A stretch of 64,000 bases of DNA, from the NCBI RefSeq assembly GCF_009914755.1, contig NC_060931.1. One strand, 5' to 3'. This stretch comes from the human T2T-CHM13v2.0 reference genome, Homo sapiens. Of the stretch, positions 40,251 to 53,284 are shown piece after piece. The position numbers and the translations under genes were made by a program. The number at the start of each line of letters is the position of its first letter. The first letter of the stretch is position 1. The notes beneath the pieces were generated by a model. The model was given only the letters and a program-made list of their open reading frames with translations. It searched no databases and was not told the DNA's origin.

Positions 40251-41052
40251 TGAGTTTCTTAATCCTGAGTTCTAATTTGATCACACTGTGGTCTGAGAGA
40301 CTGTTACGATTTCAGTTCTTTCACATTTGATGAGGAGTGTTTTACTTCCAATTATGTGGTTGATTTTAGAATAAGTGCCATGTGGCACTGAGAAGAATGT
40401 ATATTCTGTTGATTTAGGGTGGAGAGTTCTGTTAGGTCTATTAGGTCCACTTGATCCAGAGCTGAGTTCAAGTCCTGAATATCCTTGTTAATCCTCTGTC
40501 TCATTGATCTGTCTAATACTGACATTAGGGTGTTAAAGTCTCCCACTATTATTGTGTGGGAGTCTAAGTCTCTTTGTAGGTCTCTAAGAGCTTGTTTGAT
40601 GAATCTGGGTGCTCCTGTATTGGGTACATATATGTTTAGAATAGTTAGCTCTTCTTGTTGAATTGTTCCCTTTACCATTACATAATCCCCTTCTTTGTCT
40701 TTTTTGATCTTTGCTGGTTTAAAGTCTATTTTATCAGAGACTAGGATTGCAACCCCTGGTTTTTTTTTTTGCTTTCCATTTGCTTGGTAAATTTTCTTCC
40801 ATCCCTTTATTTTGAGCCTACGTGTGTCTTTGCACATGAGATGGGTCTCCTGAATACAACACACCGATGGGTCTTGACTCTTTATCCAATCTGCCAGTCT
40901 GTGTCTTTTAATTGGGGCATTTACCCCACTTACATTTAAGGTTAATATTGTTATGTATGAATTTTGTTCTGTCATCGTGCTGCTATTTTGTTATTTTGCA
41001 CACTAGTTGATGCAGTTTCTTCATAGTGTCATTGGTCTTTATATTTTGGTGT

Positions 41053-41364
<312 letters not shown>

Positions 41365-44300
41365 TTTTTGGTGTGTTTTTGCAGTGGCTGGTACCAGTTT
41401 TTCCTTTCCATATTTAGTGCTTCTTTCAGGAGCTCTTGCAGAGCAGGTATGGTGGTAAAAAAAAAAATGCCTCAGCATTTGCTTGTCTGGAAATGATTTT
41501 ATTTCTCCTTCGCTTATGAAGCTTAGTTTGGCTGGATATGAAATTCTAGATTGAAAATTCTTTTCTTTAAGATTGTTAAATAGTGGCCCCCAATCTATTC
41601 TGGCTTGTAGAGTTTCTGCTGAGAGGTCTGCTGTTAGTGGGATGGGCTTCCCTTTGTAGGTGACCTGGCCTTTCTCTCTGGCTGCCCTTAACAGTTTTTC
41701 CTTCATTTTGCCCTTGGAGAATTTAATGGTTATGTGTCTTGGGGTTGATCTTCTCATAAAATATCTTAATGGTATTCTCTGTATTTCCTGAATTTGCATG
41801 TTGGCCTTTCTTGCTAGGTTGGGGAAGTTCTCCTGGATAATAACCTGAAGTGTGTTTTCCAGCGTGTTTCCATTCTCCCTGTCTCATTCTGGTACTCCAG
41901 TCAATCATAGGTTTGGTCTTTTGATGAAGTCCCGTATTTCTTGGAGGCTTTCTTCATTCCTTTTCTTTCTTTTTTTCTCTAGTCTTGTCTGCATGCCTTA
42001 TTTCAGCAAGATGGTCTTTAAACTCTGATATCCTTTCTTCCACTTGATCAATTTGGCTATTGACACTTGTGTATGCTTCACGAAGTTCTTGTGCAGTGTT
42101 TTTCAGTTCCATCTGGTCATTTATGTTCCTCTCTAAACTGGTTATGCTAGTTAGCAATTCCTCAAACCTTTTATCAAGGTTCTTAGCTTCTTTGCATTGG
42201 GTTAGAACATGCTCCTTTAGCTCATCATAGTTTTTATTAGCTATCTTCTGATATTTCTGTCAATTAGTTCATCTGATCCTCCATCCAGTTCTGTGCCCTT
42301 GTTGGAGAGATGTTGTGATCATTTGGAGGAGAAGACGCACTCTGGTCTTTTGGGTTTTCAGCATTTTTTCATTGATTCTTTCTCATCTTTGTGAGTTTGT
42401 CTAGTTTCAGTCTTTGAGGCTGCTGATCGTTGGAGGGTTTTTGTGAGGGCTTGTTGTTGTTGTTGTTGTTGATGATGATGTTGTTGTTGCTTTCTGCTTG
42501 TTTTCCTTTCAATGGTCAAGTCCCTCTTCTGTAGGGCTGCTGCAGTTTGCTGGGAGGTTCACTTTAGGCCCTACTCATCCAATTCACTCCCGTGCCTGGA
42601 TATGTCATTCAAGAAGTCTGGAGAACAGCAAAAATGGGTGCCTCCTCCTTCTTCTGGGACCTCTGACCTCAAGGGGCACCAACCTGATGCCAGTAGGATC
42701 ACTCCTATATAGGGTGTCTGACAACCCCTGTTGGAGGGACTCACTCAGTTGGGTGGCATGGGGAACAGGACCTGTTAAACGTGTAAAAGGTATTTTTAAA
42801 GCTTAGCTTTTTTTTTTTTTTCAAGAAAATAACTCTGATAGCACTACAGAGGTTGAACTGAAGTAAACCATCTACTGTGAACAAACCATTTAGGAGTCTA
42901 TAGCAAAACACAAAGAAGAATTAATGAGAGCATGTACTTGGAGTTGAGTCGTGAGTACATGGGAGTCAAGTCATGAGTACATTTGTTGTAGCTGAAAACA
43001 ACTGAGACACCAGAGAAAGCAAGAGGAGCAAGGGAAGAAAAAGAATCAGAAAAAAATATGAGAAGCAAGGGAAGGAAGACCAAGAGTCCCTCTTGGGAAA
43101 CATCAGCATTTAAGGAATGGAAGAGGAAAAATGAGAGAAGAAATGGTTGGGTAACTAAAAGAGAAACCCAGAGTGTGGTGATCTAGCATCCAAGTATTTC
43201 AAAAAAGTAGGAAGTGGACGAGCATCAAATGCTGCAGAAATAAAATTAGGTAAAGCAATGAAGAAACATCAATTCCTCTGCTTCTCTGTTACAACATTTT
43301 AAAGTCTGGATTGTCCCTGTTTGAAACATGTTGAAATGAGCTCCTTAACTGAGTGAGTTAAGAAGTAAGAGGTGGGCAAGGCTAAGACCCAGAGTTAAAG
43401 CTGGAGTGTACACTAACAAAAGAAAGGTGGTGGACAGGAATGATGAAGACTAAGAGTGAGTGTATGACCGAGCACATGGCTTTATGTGAAGTCAGAAAGC
43501 TGTATAATGTAAAGCAGTTAGCAAGGAAATAAAATATAAAGAGAAGGGAAGAAGAAAGTCCCAATATTATCATTTATCTACAACAATGCAGAAATATCCT
43601 TCCAGATACCTCAGCCATTGCCTCCATTTGGCTCCTGATCCAACCACGAAAACAAACCCATTCTTGGTGGCTCTCAGAGACTATGCTTGGAAAATCCAGT
43701 TGCTTGTTCAATGAGTACAAAAAAATCTATTTAATGGAAATATTTATTGACCACCTACCATGTGTCTGGCATTGGTACCAGGAAGCTAGGCTGTGTTGGT
43801 GGGCAAGACAGATGCCATGAGCTCTTCCTTCATGGAGCTTATGGGGTAGTGAGGAAGATGTACATTCACCAAAGACTTATACAAATATGTCACTAAGACA
43901 GCAGTACGTGCCATGAGGTAGAAGTGAAGGGATCTATTAGAGCATTCAGCAAGGGAACTTCACCCAGCGAGGGAGCCAACATCAGGAGAATCCCAGCAAG
44001 GTCTGAATCTGTACACTTTCTGGAGACAGAGACTTTGTCTTCTCACTCAAAATCTAAATCTGTAGCCTGGGGAGCCACCTCTTCTTCCTCAGCTTTATCC
44101 CAAGCAGTCTCTGTCAATCTTATCATTAAGGACTTTTCTTCCCCCCATCTCTCAGCTGGTTTATTTATTTCACTATTTGCTATTTACACTATTTCTGTTT
44201 GATTCTCTACCTTCTAAGTGGTTCCTCAAATAAGGCAAGGTTCTCTATCTTTCATTGGCCTTTTAAACCCTAGTTTCATCTGGTCCAACTATGTTCAAAA

Positions 44301-45886
44301 TTATCTCTGGGGGAAAATATGGGGAAATTGGCCTCTTTTGCTACAATCTGCTAAAAACCTTTTCTGTCAGCAAAGCCAGTTGTAAATTGCCAAAAAGGTG
44401 ATGAATTAGTTAGAAATCATTAACATTTAATATAAAGTAGCTCTCACTCTCACCTTGAATTTCAAAGGTGAGTGTGGGTGATAGACTACAGCTGTGACAC
44501 AAAATTGCAGCTCTAGTTTGGGAGTAGTACAGTTTTGATCCAGGAGAAAGGCCTAACCAAGAAATGGCAAATAAGAGGCAGGAATGGTGCCACTCCTAAC
44601 CCCTTGCTCACAGCAGATATCAGTAATCCATTTCCATAGTCTCTCTCACAGGCCCAGACACACCTCAGGAACCTTCTCACGCAGCATCTGTCAGCCCCGG
44701 AATGAAATCTTGTTCCTACTGCAGCAACATATGGTCAGTCCTCTGCTAGTCTAACCACCACCACTGTCCTCTTCACTGCAGGATTGGAGATTAGCAACTG
44801 GAAAAAACAGCCAGCTTCTTGGGGATGTACCTTGCACATCCAACAAAGTACACCCCAATCAACATGTCAGCTACAACCAGCATCCCAAAGAGCGGGCTCC
44901 CTTCACCAGTACACATATGTGCACCTCTCAGGTATGTGCACGCTGAGAGAACACGTGAGCGCAGCGGAAAAGAGCAATGCGGGAACCATCTCAAATACCC
45001 AAGTCATGGCAGGCACCAATGGGCCTGTCCCTCTTGCTCAAGGCATGTGCCAGTGGTCTGTCCTAGTCCCAGGAATATCCAGAAAACTGATGGTGAACCT
45101 GGTCAGAAATACCAGGGAAATGGTAGAAATGAATGAATGACTTTATTTCTTGGCATTGGCTCCAGTTGAGACACCATGAGAACACACAATCAAGCTAACA
45201 AGTTGGGCAAATTGACAGGAGATGCACAAGTGTGAGTCCCAGATGTAAAAGCTGTGATTCTGAGGCTCGCCAATCATAAAAACCCCTGAGTCAAAAAGTT
45301 AAAAGCTCAAAAGGTATAAGGATAGTGGTCTTCAATTTTTTTCTTTAAATATTACCCTTTACATTGAAGAAATATAATATGGACAACCACTAAAAAATAA
45401 AGGATTTCTGTCATACAGTAGAGAAGTTTCTCAATTTATTTTTTCATGTGATTTACGACAAATGTGTGATCTCACAAGAGCATAGTTCTGAAGGTAAAAT
45501 ATGTCATAAATTACAGGAACAGAGAGTTCCCTAACTCATACTCAGAAGGAAGTCCACTTTCATGAAGTAAAGTATAGGACTGTCAGACCAGATGACCTGG
45601 AATGATTTGTTTTAATTTAATAAAAGTAATGACATCTTTAATGAATTTTCACATCTGCCTACCATTAATTAAGAGCCTGAATCTAAGAATGTAGTATCCA
45701 ACACACTGATGATGATTCTTTCCAATGATGAGAGAAGAACATGCAAAGTTATCATCTGAAATGTAAACAGTATTTTTTTAAAAAAACACCGGTATTTGAC
45801 AGCCCTAAATATAGCTTCCACAGTATTATATCAGAAATCCTTGGTGAGCAATACCAGAAAACAAATTCAGAAAAAAACCAGATGAA

Positions 45887-46180
45887 GGCCGGGCGCAGTG
45901 GCTCGCGCCTGTAATCCCAGCACTTTGGGAGGCCGAGGCAGGCAGATAGCCTGAGCTCAGGAGTTCGAGACCACCCTGGGTAACATGGTGAAACCCCGTC
46001 TCTACTAAAATACAAAAAGTTAGCTGCGCATGGTGGTGCATGCCTGTAGTCCCAGCTACTTGGGAGGCTAAGGCACGAGAATCACTTGAGTCTGGGAGGC
46101 AGAGGTTGCGGTGACCCGAGATTGCACCACTGCACGCCAGCTTGGGCTACAGCGTGAGACACTGTCTCAAACAAACAAAC
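45887..46180 (+). mobile_element. AluS
   Basis: ggccgggcgcagtggctc...; (CAAA)n tail; TSD aaccagatgaa at 45876-45886 and 46181-46191. Confidence 0.95.
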
Positions 46181-47479
46181 AACCAGATGAAAGTAAGAGA
46201 GTGATGAGAATCTTTGTGTGCATGAAAGAAAAGTTACTTAATACAAAAATATTTAGTGGAGCTCAAAAGCAACCTTTTGCTTCCTCCAAGGGATTCTACA
46301 GCTGTTGTGGCATATGGTGAACACCTCCCAAAGTCAGGGTCTCTTCAGAGGCCCTGTTTTCTTTCCCCTAATTGCCCCGTGCCTATGAATTAGTAGTTTC
46401 TTCATAAGCCACACAGACATTATTTTTGTGTAGATTTATTCTCCTTTTGACTAAATCCAGACAAAAGTTAACAGGACTTTTCAGTATCATTAAGGCGGGG
46501 AGAGAAAAATGAAAGGAAAAAAAATCTGCAACTTGCAAAATCAAAGCATTAAGATTTTTCAAAAATTAAATACCATAGCTATAATACTTGGAGACTACCA
46601 TCCATGAAGGCACTCAATTTTTCCTCAAAAGGTAATCTTGGTACTAACAGAAAACCAATGAGAGACAGCTTATTCAAATTAGCTCTCTTAAAATGCCATG
46701 CAATTATCAACATCCATCATTATTTTTCAAGTAGATACAAAAATGTATTCAGTTACTAATTTTCAAAAAAATCAATGTTCCTTCCTAGCCCTGGCCTGAA
46801 TCACTGATTCTCAATTTTTTCTCAAGCCACCCAGAATGAGATAGAAATGAGGCATTCCCACCCACAAGGGATCTAAAATAGAGTAAGGGTTTGCCTAGAT
46901 GGGTGAAATCTATATGGGTGGTCCCAATGCAGAGCAGTCCTTTGACCTTCCAGTCATGTATCTGGATAGCTAACTTCTCTGGTCTCACCTTCTCACTCCC
47001 TGCCAAGTTCGGCTGATGCAGTTCATTCATACTTTCTGTGCATTCTGTGCCCCTGGCCTAGAACCTCTTCCCACCTTCCGTGTCTGGCAAGCTCCTGCTC
47101 ATCCATTCTTTGGGGTCTGGATCCACTCTCCCTCCTCTGTCCTAAATCCCTCCCTCCTCTGTAAAGCCTCTCTGAATGCCAAAAGGATAACTTCCTCCTC
47201 TTTTCAAATTTTCCACAAAGATAGCTAAAATCTCTCTTGTATCATGTTCCAGGTCCTCCAAATGTTTGAAGGTAGCTCATCCTGATGTCAACTCTAAATC
47301 TCTCAGCAAATTTAATTTGTGCTCTTGTCCTGTCCACAGTAGAATGAATTCCTCAGTAAGGCTCAGGCATTCATTATACCCTCCTAGTTAATCAAAGTTC
47401 TTATTATGTCTGGGCTCTGGCTTCTTTTGTCTAGACATAACAGATCCACTTGCTCTAACTCTTTTTCCAAGAGGAGCTC

Positions 47480-47662
47480 CTTCCAAAATCTGTGTGGTCC
47501 TCCAACCCACAGTAGCAGCATCACCTGAAAACTTGTTAGATATGCAAATTCTTGAGCCCCAACCCAGGCTTACTAAATTAGAAAGTCAGGGTAGAGCCCA
47601 GTGATCTGTGCTCTAACAGCCCTCCAGGTGATTCTGATGCAACTAAATCTTGAGAACCGCTG
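47480..47662. mobile_element. MER5A (hAT-Charlie) MITE
   Basis: cagcatcacctg..aacttgttaga.atgcaaattctt..gccc...ccctccaggtgattctgatgca..ttgagaaccgctg. Confidence 0.8.
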
Positions 47663-48830
47663 ATTTAATTTCTCTTCAAGCTATTCCAAGGTACACATTA
47701 CTCAGAAAAATGCCAACTAGGGCAGGCAGGGAGGGCAAGTAATGATGCCCTTCCCACATACTCTGGCTTCTGCGAGACCCCTCTGGGTTGTATTCATTGC
47801 CTCCATTGCAGCACGGGGTGGGTTCAGCCTGGGGTTCACTATGGCTCTCTGACATCTTTGTTGAAGGCCAGCCCTCCTTCATTTTGCCTTTGCAGATTTA
47901 GAGAGATTTTTCCTCCCCAAGTGAGTTTCTTTATATTTAATCCCATTTGAATTTTCTGTTTATATGCATTCACTTTTCCAACTTGCCTAGTACATTCTGC
48001 ATTTTAGTCCATTTTCCAAGACACTTGCCACCCCACTTATTTTAATATCAATGACACATTTAATTAGAAGATGATTTATTCCAGAAACTAAAACATTATT
48101 AACGATATACCGCATAACACACAGAAGATACCTGGGGATCAGTGGCACAGAAAACCAAGAAAGCCTTTACAGTGTGCTGTTATTTCAGTCTATTTTTGGT
48201 GAATATATTAAACACCCTGGCAGTGCCAACCAGTAAAAACAAACCAAGAGAGCAAGCCTGTGAGAGCCAGTAGGACGTAGAAAGCTTCTCAGACACTGCA
48301 TCCTGTGCTCCATTTGTCATTCTGTGTGTGGGATGGACATCCGGTCCTCCTCCTCTGGAAAATGCACAGCCACAGGCTCACATGAGCTGTTCCTTTTCTC
48401 TTCTTTCTTGCAGATTCTCCATGCTTTCAGCCTATTTACACTGGGCTCACAGCTCAAAAAAGGGCAAGAAAGTGATTATGTAAACTCAGACGGAGAGAAA
48501 CTCAAGCTCCTTTAGGCAGTCTACTAACAGTAGGGCGAATAAATAGAAAATACGATCATATAAAGAGGATACAATACTGAGAAGAGTAAGTTTGGGGGTA
48601 GTACAGATAACTAGAATTAATTATATCAAGCAAAGAACAATCTGTAGGCAACTGCATCTGAGATGTGTCCCCAAACTGCACTAAAATCATAACATTATTT
48701 TTGGATAATCTTCTAGCCACCTGAGAGTACCATGTTTTCTTTCAAACATGGCATTTTAAATAGGGAACTGCAGACAATAATTCTTAAACCAGAAAAATAT
48801 TTGAAATTTTATATTAGGGAAAAGAAACAC

Positions 48831-48900
48831 ATTGATAGATCATGATGATCTACACTATGGCTGATCAACTTGAAAGTGTAGCTCACCATGATCTATCAGT
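48831..48900. repeat. Imperfect inverted repeat (26-bp arms, 18-nt spacer)
   Basis: attgatagatcatgatgatctacact versus the reverse complement of agtgtagctcaccatgatctatcagt: 23 of 26 match. Confidence 0.85.
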
Positions 48901-51029
48901 TTGAACATACCTCATTTGTTCCCACAATTCCCAGCTCCCTGCTGTTTCCCTGACCTGTAACTGCTCATCTCCGATGATCGTGGAGTTGAGAGGCAGCGGG
49001 GCATAGTGGAAGGAGTGCTGGCTCTTGAGTCAGACTTACATGGATTGAAAGCTTACTTATACCAGCTGTGTAATCCCAAGTAAGTCATTTCATCTTTTGA
49101 AGTCTCTGTTTCCTCTTCTGTAATGATATCACCAATACCTAAAAAGGAGGACTATTGCCAGGATTTTAAATAATATACACAAAAACAGGTAGGAAGCATC
49201 CAATAAACATTACTCACATATTTGGCCTTTCAAAAATTAAGACAATGTAATAAAACATCTGCCTTTATAGAAGCATCTAAGTTTCCCTTTCCCTCCAGGA
49301 AGGAAAGGAAAGAAACTTTTTCTTCTGCTTCTAATTATTCCCTAACTCCCTGCATTTTCTTTTGGTAAATTATTCCAATTTTTGTGTCCGGTTATGTTTT
49401 AATACTTAAATGTCTATTTCTTTTGCCAATAGTTATGCAATACAAGTATATGTGATTTTTACAGTTAAGTCAGTGTCCAAAACAACAACATAATTAAATC
49501 AAATTAAGTAACATATTCCTAATGCTGCTTATTTAACATATATTAAATTTTTATATTGAACCCGAGAGCTGTTTCATAAAGTAGCTTAAATCTCTGCTTT
49601 GCCTTTTCTTATTTGATATATTTTAAGCACAAAATTTCTAAAGATTAATACACCAAAAACATTAAACTAAGAATCCCAGTGATGTAGTGCTATATTTCAT
49701 AGTTTACCTGAAAGAATTACAGTTTTAGAGATGGAATTTCATAGAAGTGGTACTTCTGAAGTCCTGTTTTTCTAAGGAAAGACGTTATGAAGGCGAGAGG
49801 TCAGTATCTGGGCTGATTTTGACATGTACAGAAGGCTATTCTATCTCAGCTTGCAAATGATTCTAGAATTAACAGATACACATTTACACTGGCAATTGGA
49901 ATGAAACCTATGGGCTCCATTGAGATGCCACTGCTTATATAATCTTCTTGATCCTTGACAAGTAAGAAATTTGAAGAATTTGTATTGGTTTTTCTGAACT
50001 GTTTGGTTGAACTCTAGAGGTAAGCAGAACCCCAGTGTCCTAAAATAAATGATTATTTACTTTGGAAGAAAAATATCTTTCTTAGATTCTTAGACATCTT
50101 AGATTCCTTTTGACTCTCCTTTTGACTGTATGGACATGGAACAAGTTCTTAAAATAATTATTTTATTTTCATCTGAAATTTCTTCTCTTGCCTAGAAGCC
50201 CTAGCTTGCTCTAGTGACTCTTAATTTAAGCAAGATTGCAGTCTAGTAATTTTTTCTTTATTGTGTTGTGTCTGAGGAAGAAATATTTAAATTGGTGTCT
50301 TTTCCAGTTCCTTGATGGTTCTTTACCACACCCAGGGCCAATAAAATATTGATGCAATGGTAAAACCGAAGACAATCTAATGATTCAGTTACTCAAAACT
50401 GTAAAAAGCTTTTGCCAAGTAACAGTATTTAGAAGGACAACTCAATACGTTATAGGGGGTAGATTGACATGCAAATATCCATCACACTTTATTAAGCAAA
50501 TTAAAAATAGATTTAATCTTTAATATGTGTCCCTACAGTATAAAATTTACTGGATTCAATTGTTGATTATGTGCTCAGCAGTTTGGCTAATTACCTTTGG
50601 CAGATGCTTGATGCATATTAATTTGGGATCCCATGTCAATTGTAACTGTCTTTGGTTTGTAATCTAGCCTCTACTTCGCATAGCTGAGCAACAATACGGG
50701 TGTTCACTTGAAATGCAACCGCAGGCAATTCTGTAGGAGGCACAAGGTGGTTTCCTGGGAAGATCCCTGCACTATGGGGTGGGAGCCTGGATTCTCATGT
50801 TCAGCAGCCACATAGGCTGGTTATTTATGTCACATAATCCTGCCAGGCACATCTGCTGCATAGGAATGCCATGTGAGTAGGGGAGCCATTATTAATTACT
50901 ACCACAGGGGACCAGAAGGGGAAATAGCTCCTTAAGCACATTTCTGGAGTAGCCCCTAACTAACAGTTGTTTGAAGGAAAAATATTAATTTGATAAAAAC
51001 ACTTTAGGGAATTAAAAAGCATGATGATC

Positions 51030-51720
51030 CTAAATGTTAGTGAGATTGTGGAGCAACTGGAATTCTCATACATTGCTGGTGGGAACATAAAATGGTACAA
51101 CCACTTTGGAAATCAGTTTGAGAGGTTCTAAGAAAGTTAAACATGCATTTATAGTATGATCCAATAGTTCCACTCCTAGGTATTTACATTAGAGAAACAA
51201 AAACACAAGTAGACACACAGCCTTATTCATAAATGTTTATATAACACCTTTATTCATCATAGCCCCAAACTGGAAACAACCCAAACACCCACCAACAGAT
51301 GAATTCATGAACAATATACCATATTCATATAAGATATGGAAGGGAATACTATTCAGCAATTAAAAAAAACTGAACTACCAAGGCATGCAACAAAATGAAT
51401 GAATCTCAAAAACAGTATGCCAAGCAAAAGTAGCCAGATACAAGAAGAGTACATATTGTATGATTCCATTTCTGGACTCAGACAAATGAATCCAGAGTGA
51501 CAGAAATCAGGGTAGTGGCTGTCTAGGGCAGGAAGTTGAGGGGAAATTGATGACAAAGGAGAGGAGGGAACATTGTGGAATGATGAGAAGGTTCTATATC
51601 TTGATTATCGTGGTGGTTTCACGTGTGTACACATTTGACAAAACTCATCAAACTCTGTGTTTAAAATGGGTTTATTTTATTATGTGTAAATTATATCTCA
51701 ATAAAGTTGAATGAAAAAAT
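51030..51720 (+). mobile_element. Ancient L1M (L1ME/L1MD-like) 3' end
   Basis: ORF2 C-terminal relic (gtggagcaactggaattctcatacattgctggtggga) and 3'UTR ending aattatatctcaataaagttg. Confidence 0.8.
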
Positions 51721-52269
51721 GAACACACACACACTGGGAAAGCAGTGACAAATATGAAGTTGAAACACCCCAGGCTGGCTCTTAGGTGCTAACAAGGTGG
51801 TAGTCCTTCTCAGACTGGTGCCTGTTTTGGGGGTAGCTCTCCCACCAAAGTTGAGGTCCTGACCTAATTCTACTCACAGGCTGATTCCTTTTTACAAAAG
51901 CCTTGCTACACCTCTGTGAGAATGACAATGGATATGAAAGCACTTTACAAACCAAAAAGTGCTACATCCAATCAACAAAGATGGCTAATGCTGAGGCTCC
52001 TTGTCTACCTGCTTGGTGTCCTGGCCTGCCCTTATGGCAGCTTTCCCGGAGAAGAAAAAAAAATGATGGAGAGACATCCTTCCTGGGCCTCCAAGTAGAC
52101 CTAGAACCTGCAAGCATTTCCCTTCCCTCTCTCGTTTCTCTCCTCAGCTGAGCTCCTCTCACTTCTCAGAGCAACAGTCCTTTGATAACCTGTAGAGGAA
52201 TCATGAATAAATGGATATAAAGACAGCCTTCCTTAACACACACACAATTTTTAAAATTAAATTAATTCT

Positions 52270-52470
52270 TCCTTGTGGCATCATAACTAAGAGCTCGGGT
52301 CCCAGGGTCAGACTTCGTGTGTCCAGAGACCAGCTCCTCCGCACTTGCTGGCTGAACCTATAAAATCCTTTAGCCTCTCTGTGCCTCAGCTTCCCTGTTT
52401 GTGAGAGAGGGGTGGAAATAGTACCCACACCACAGGCTGATAGGAAAATTAGTCAATGTCCTTAATACAG
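52270..52470. mobile_element. MIR relic
   Basis: cctctctgtgcctcagcttccctgtttgtga..aatagtaccc. Confidence 0.55.
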
Positions 52471-53115
52471 TGGCCGGCCCAGAGTAAGAAAGTAACAACT
52501 GAGAGCTAGAAATCCTACGGGATATTTTTGTTCTGACTCCCCATCTTCTCTCTGAATTTTCCTTAGGATATCAGACAGCATTTTATCAACTCCACAGAAA
52601 CCCATCCAGACTCTAGAGTCTGTAAGAGGAGGAAGTTCCCACACACACTCAGCCTACATTGGAACTTTTCTAAAAATACCAGTTTACATAGGATAAAATG
52701 GTGGGGCACAGCCACACCTTTAAGTTTTAGTTTCCCAATCTGAGTTGATGGTGTTATATTTTATCTATACTTACTTGAGAAGCCTGTCAAGTGTGCTGTA
52801 ACTGTATGAATAGACAGAAAGGTCCAGCCACATGCCAGGGTCGAGAAATGTTGAAAATTGGGTGCTCTAACAAGCCAAGTAGGGAATTAATAATATATTT
52901 AGAATTACTAATAAAATGCCTGTCAAGCAAGTGGCAATATGTGCTCTACAAAAAAAAAAAAAATGCCTGCCTGCTGTGTAGGGTGCGCACTCTTCCTGAG
53001 AAGTATATATTCTTGGAAATAAAATGATTCACTCCCAGATAAAACTTCTGTTCCCTGGCATTTTTCCCCTAATTTTTCATTCATTTGTGTATTTTTTTTA
53101 CATCCCCTCATGTAG

Positions 53116-53284
53116 CTCCACCAACCCTCCCAGACGTCAGTGGGTCAAGCAGCCTCCCAAGGCAACCTTCTGCACCTGGCTCACAGCCAAGCATCCATGT
53201 CTCAAAGTCCCGTCCGGCAGGCTTCCTCTTCTTCCTCCTCATCCTCCTCTTCTTCAGCTTTGAGCGTGGGCCAGTTAGTCAGCA
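53116..53284 (+). CDS. POU6F2: POU6F2 internal coding exon (169 nt, phase 0-1): LHQPSQTSVGQAASQGNLLHLAHSQASMSQSPVRQA(S)11ALSVGQLVS
   Basis: Acceptor tttttttacatcccctcatgtag|CTC and donor GCA|gtaagt; terminal A joins AT of the next exon to form AAT (Asn). Confidence 0.94.
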
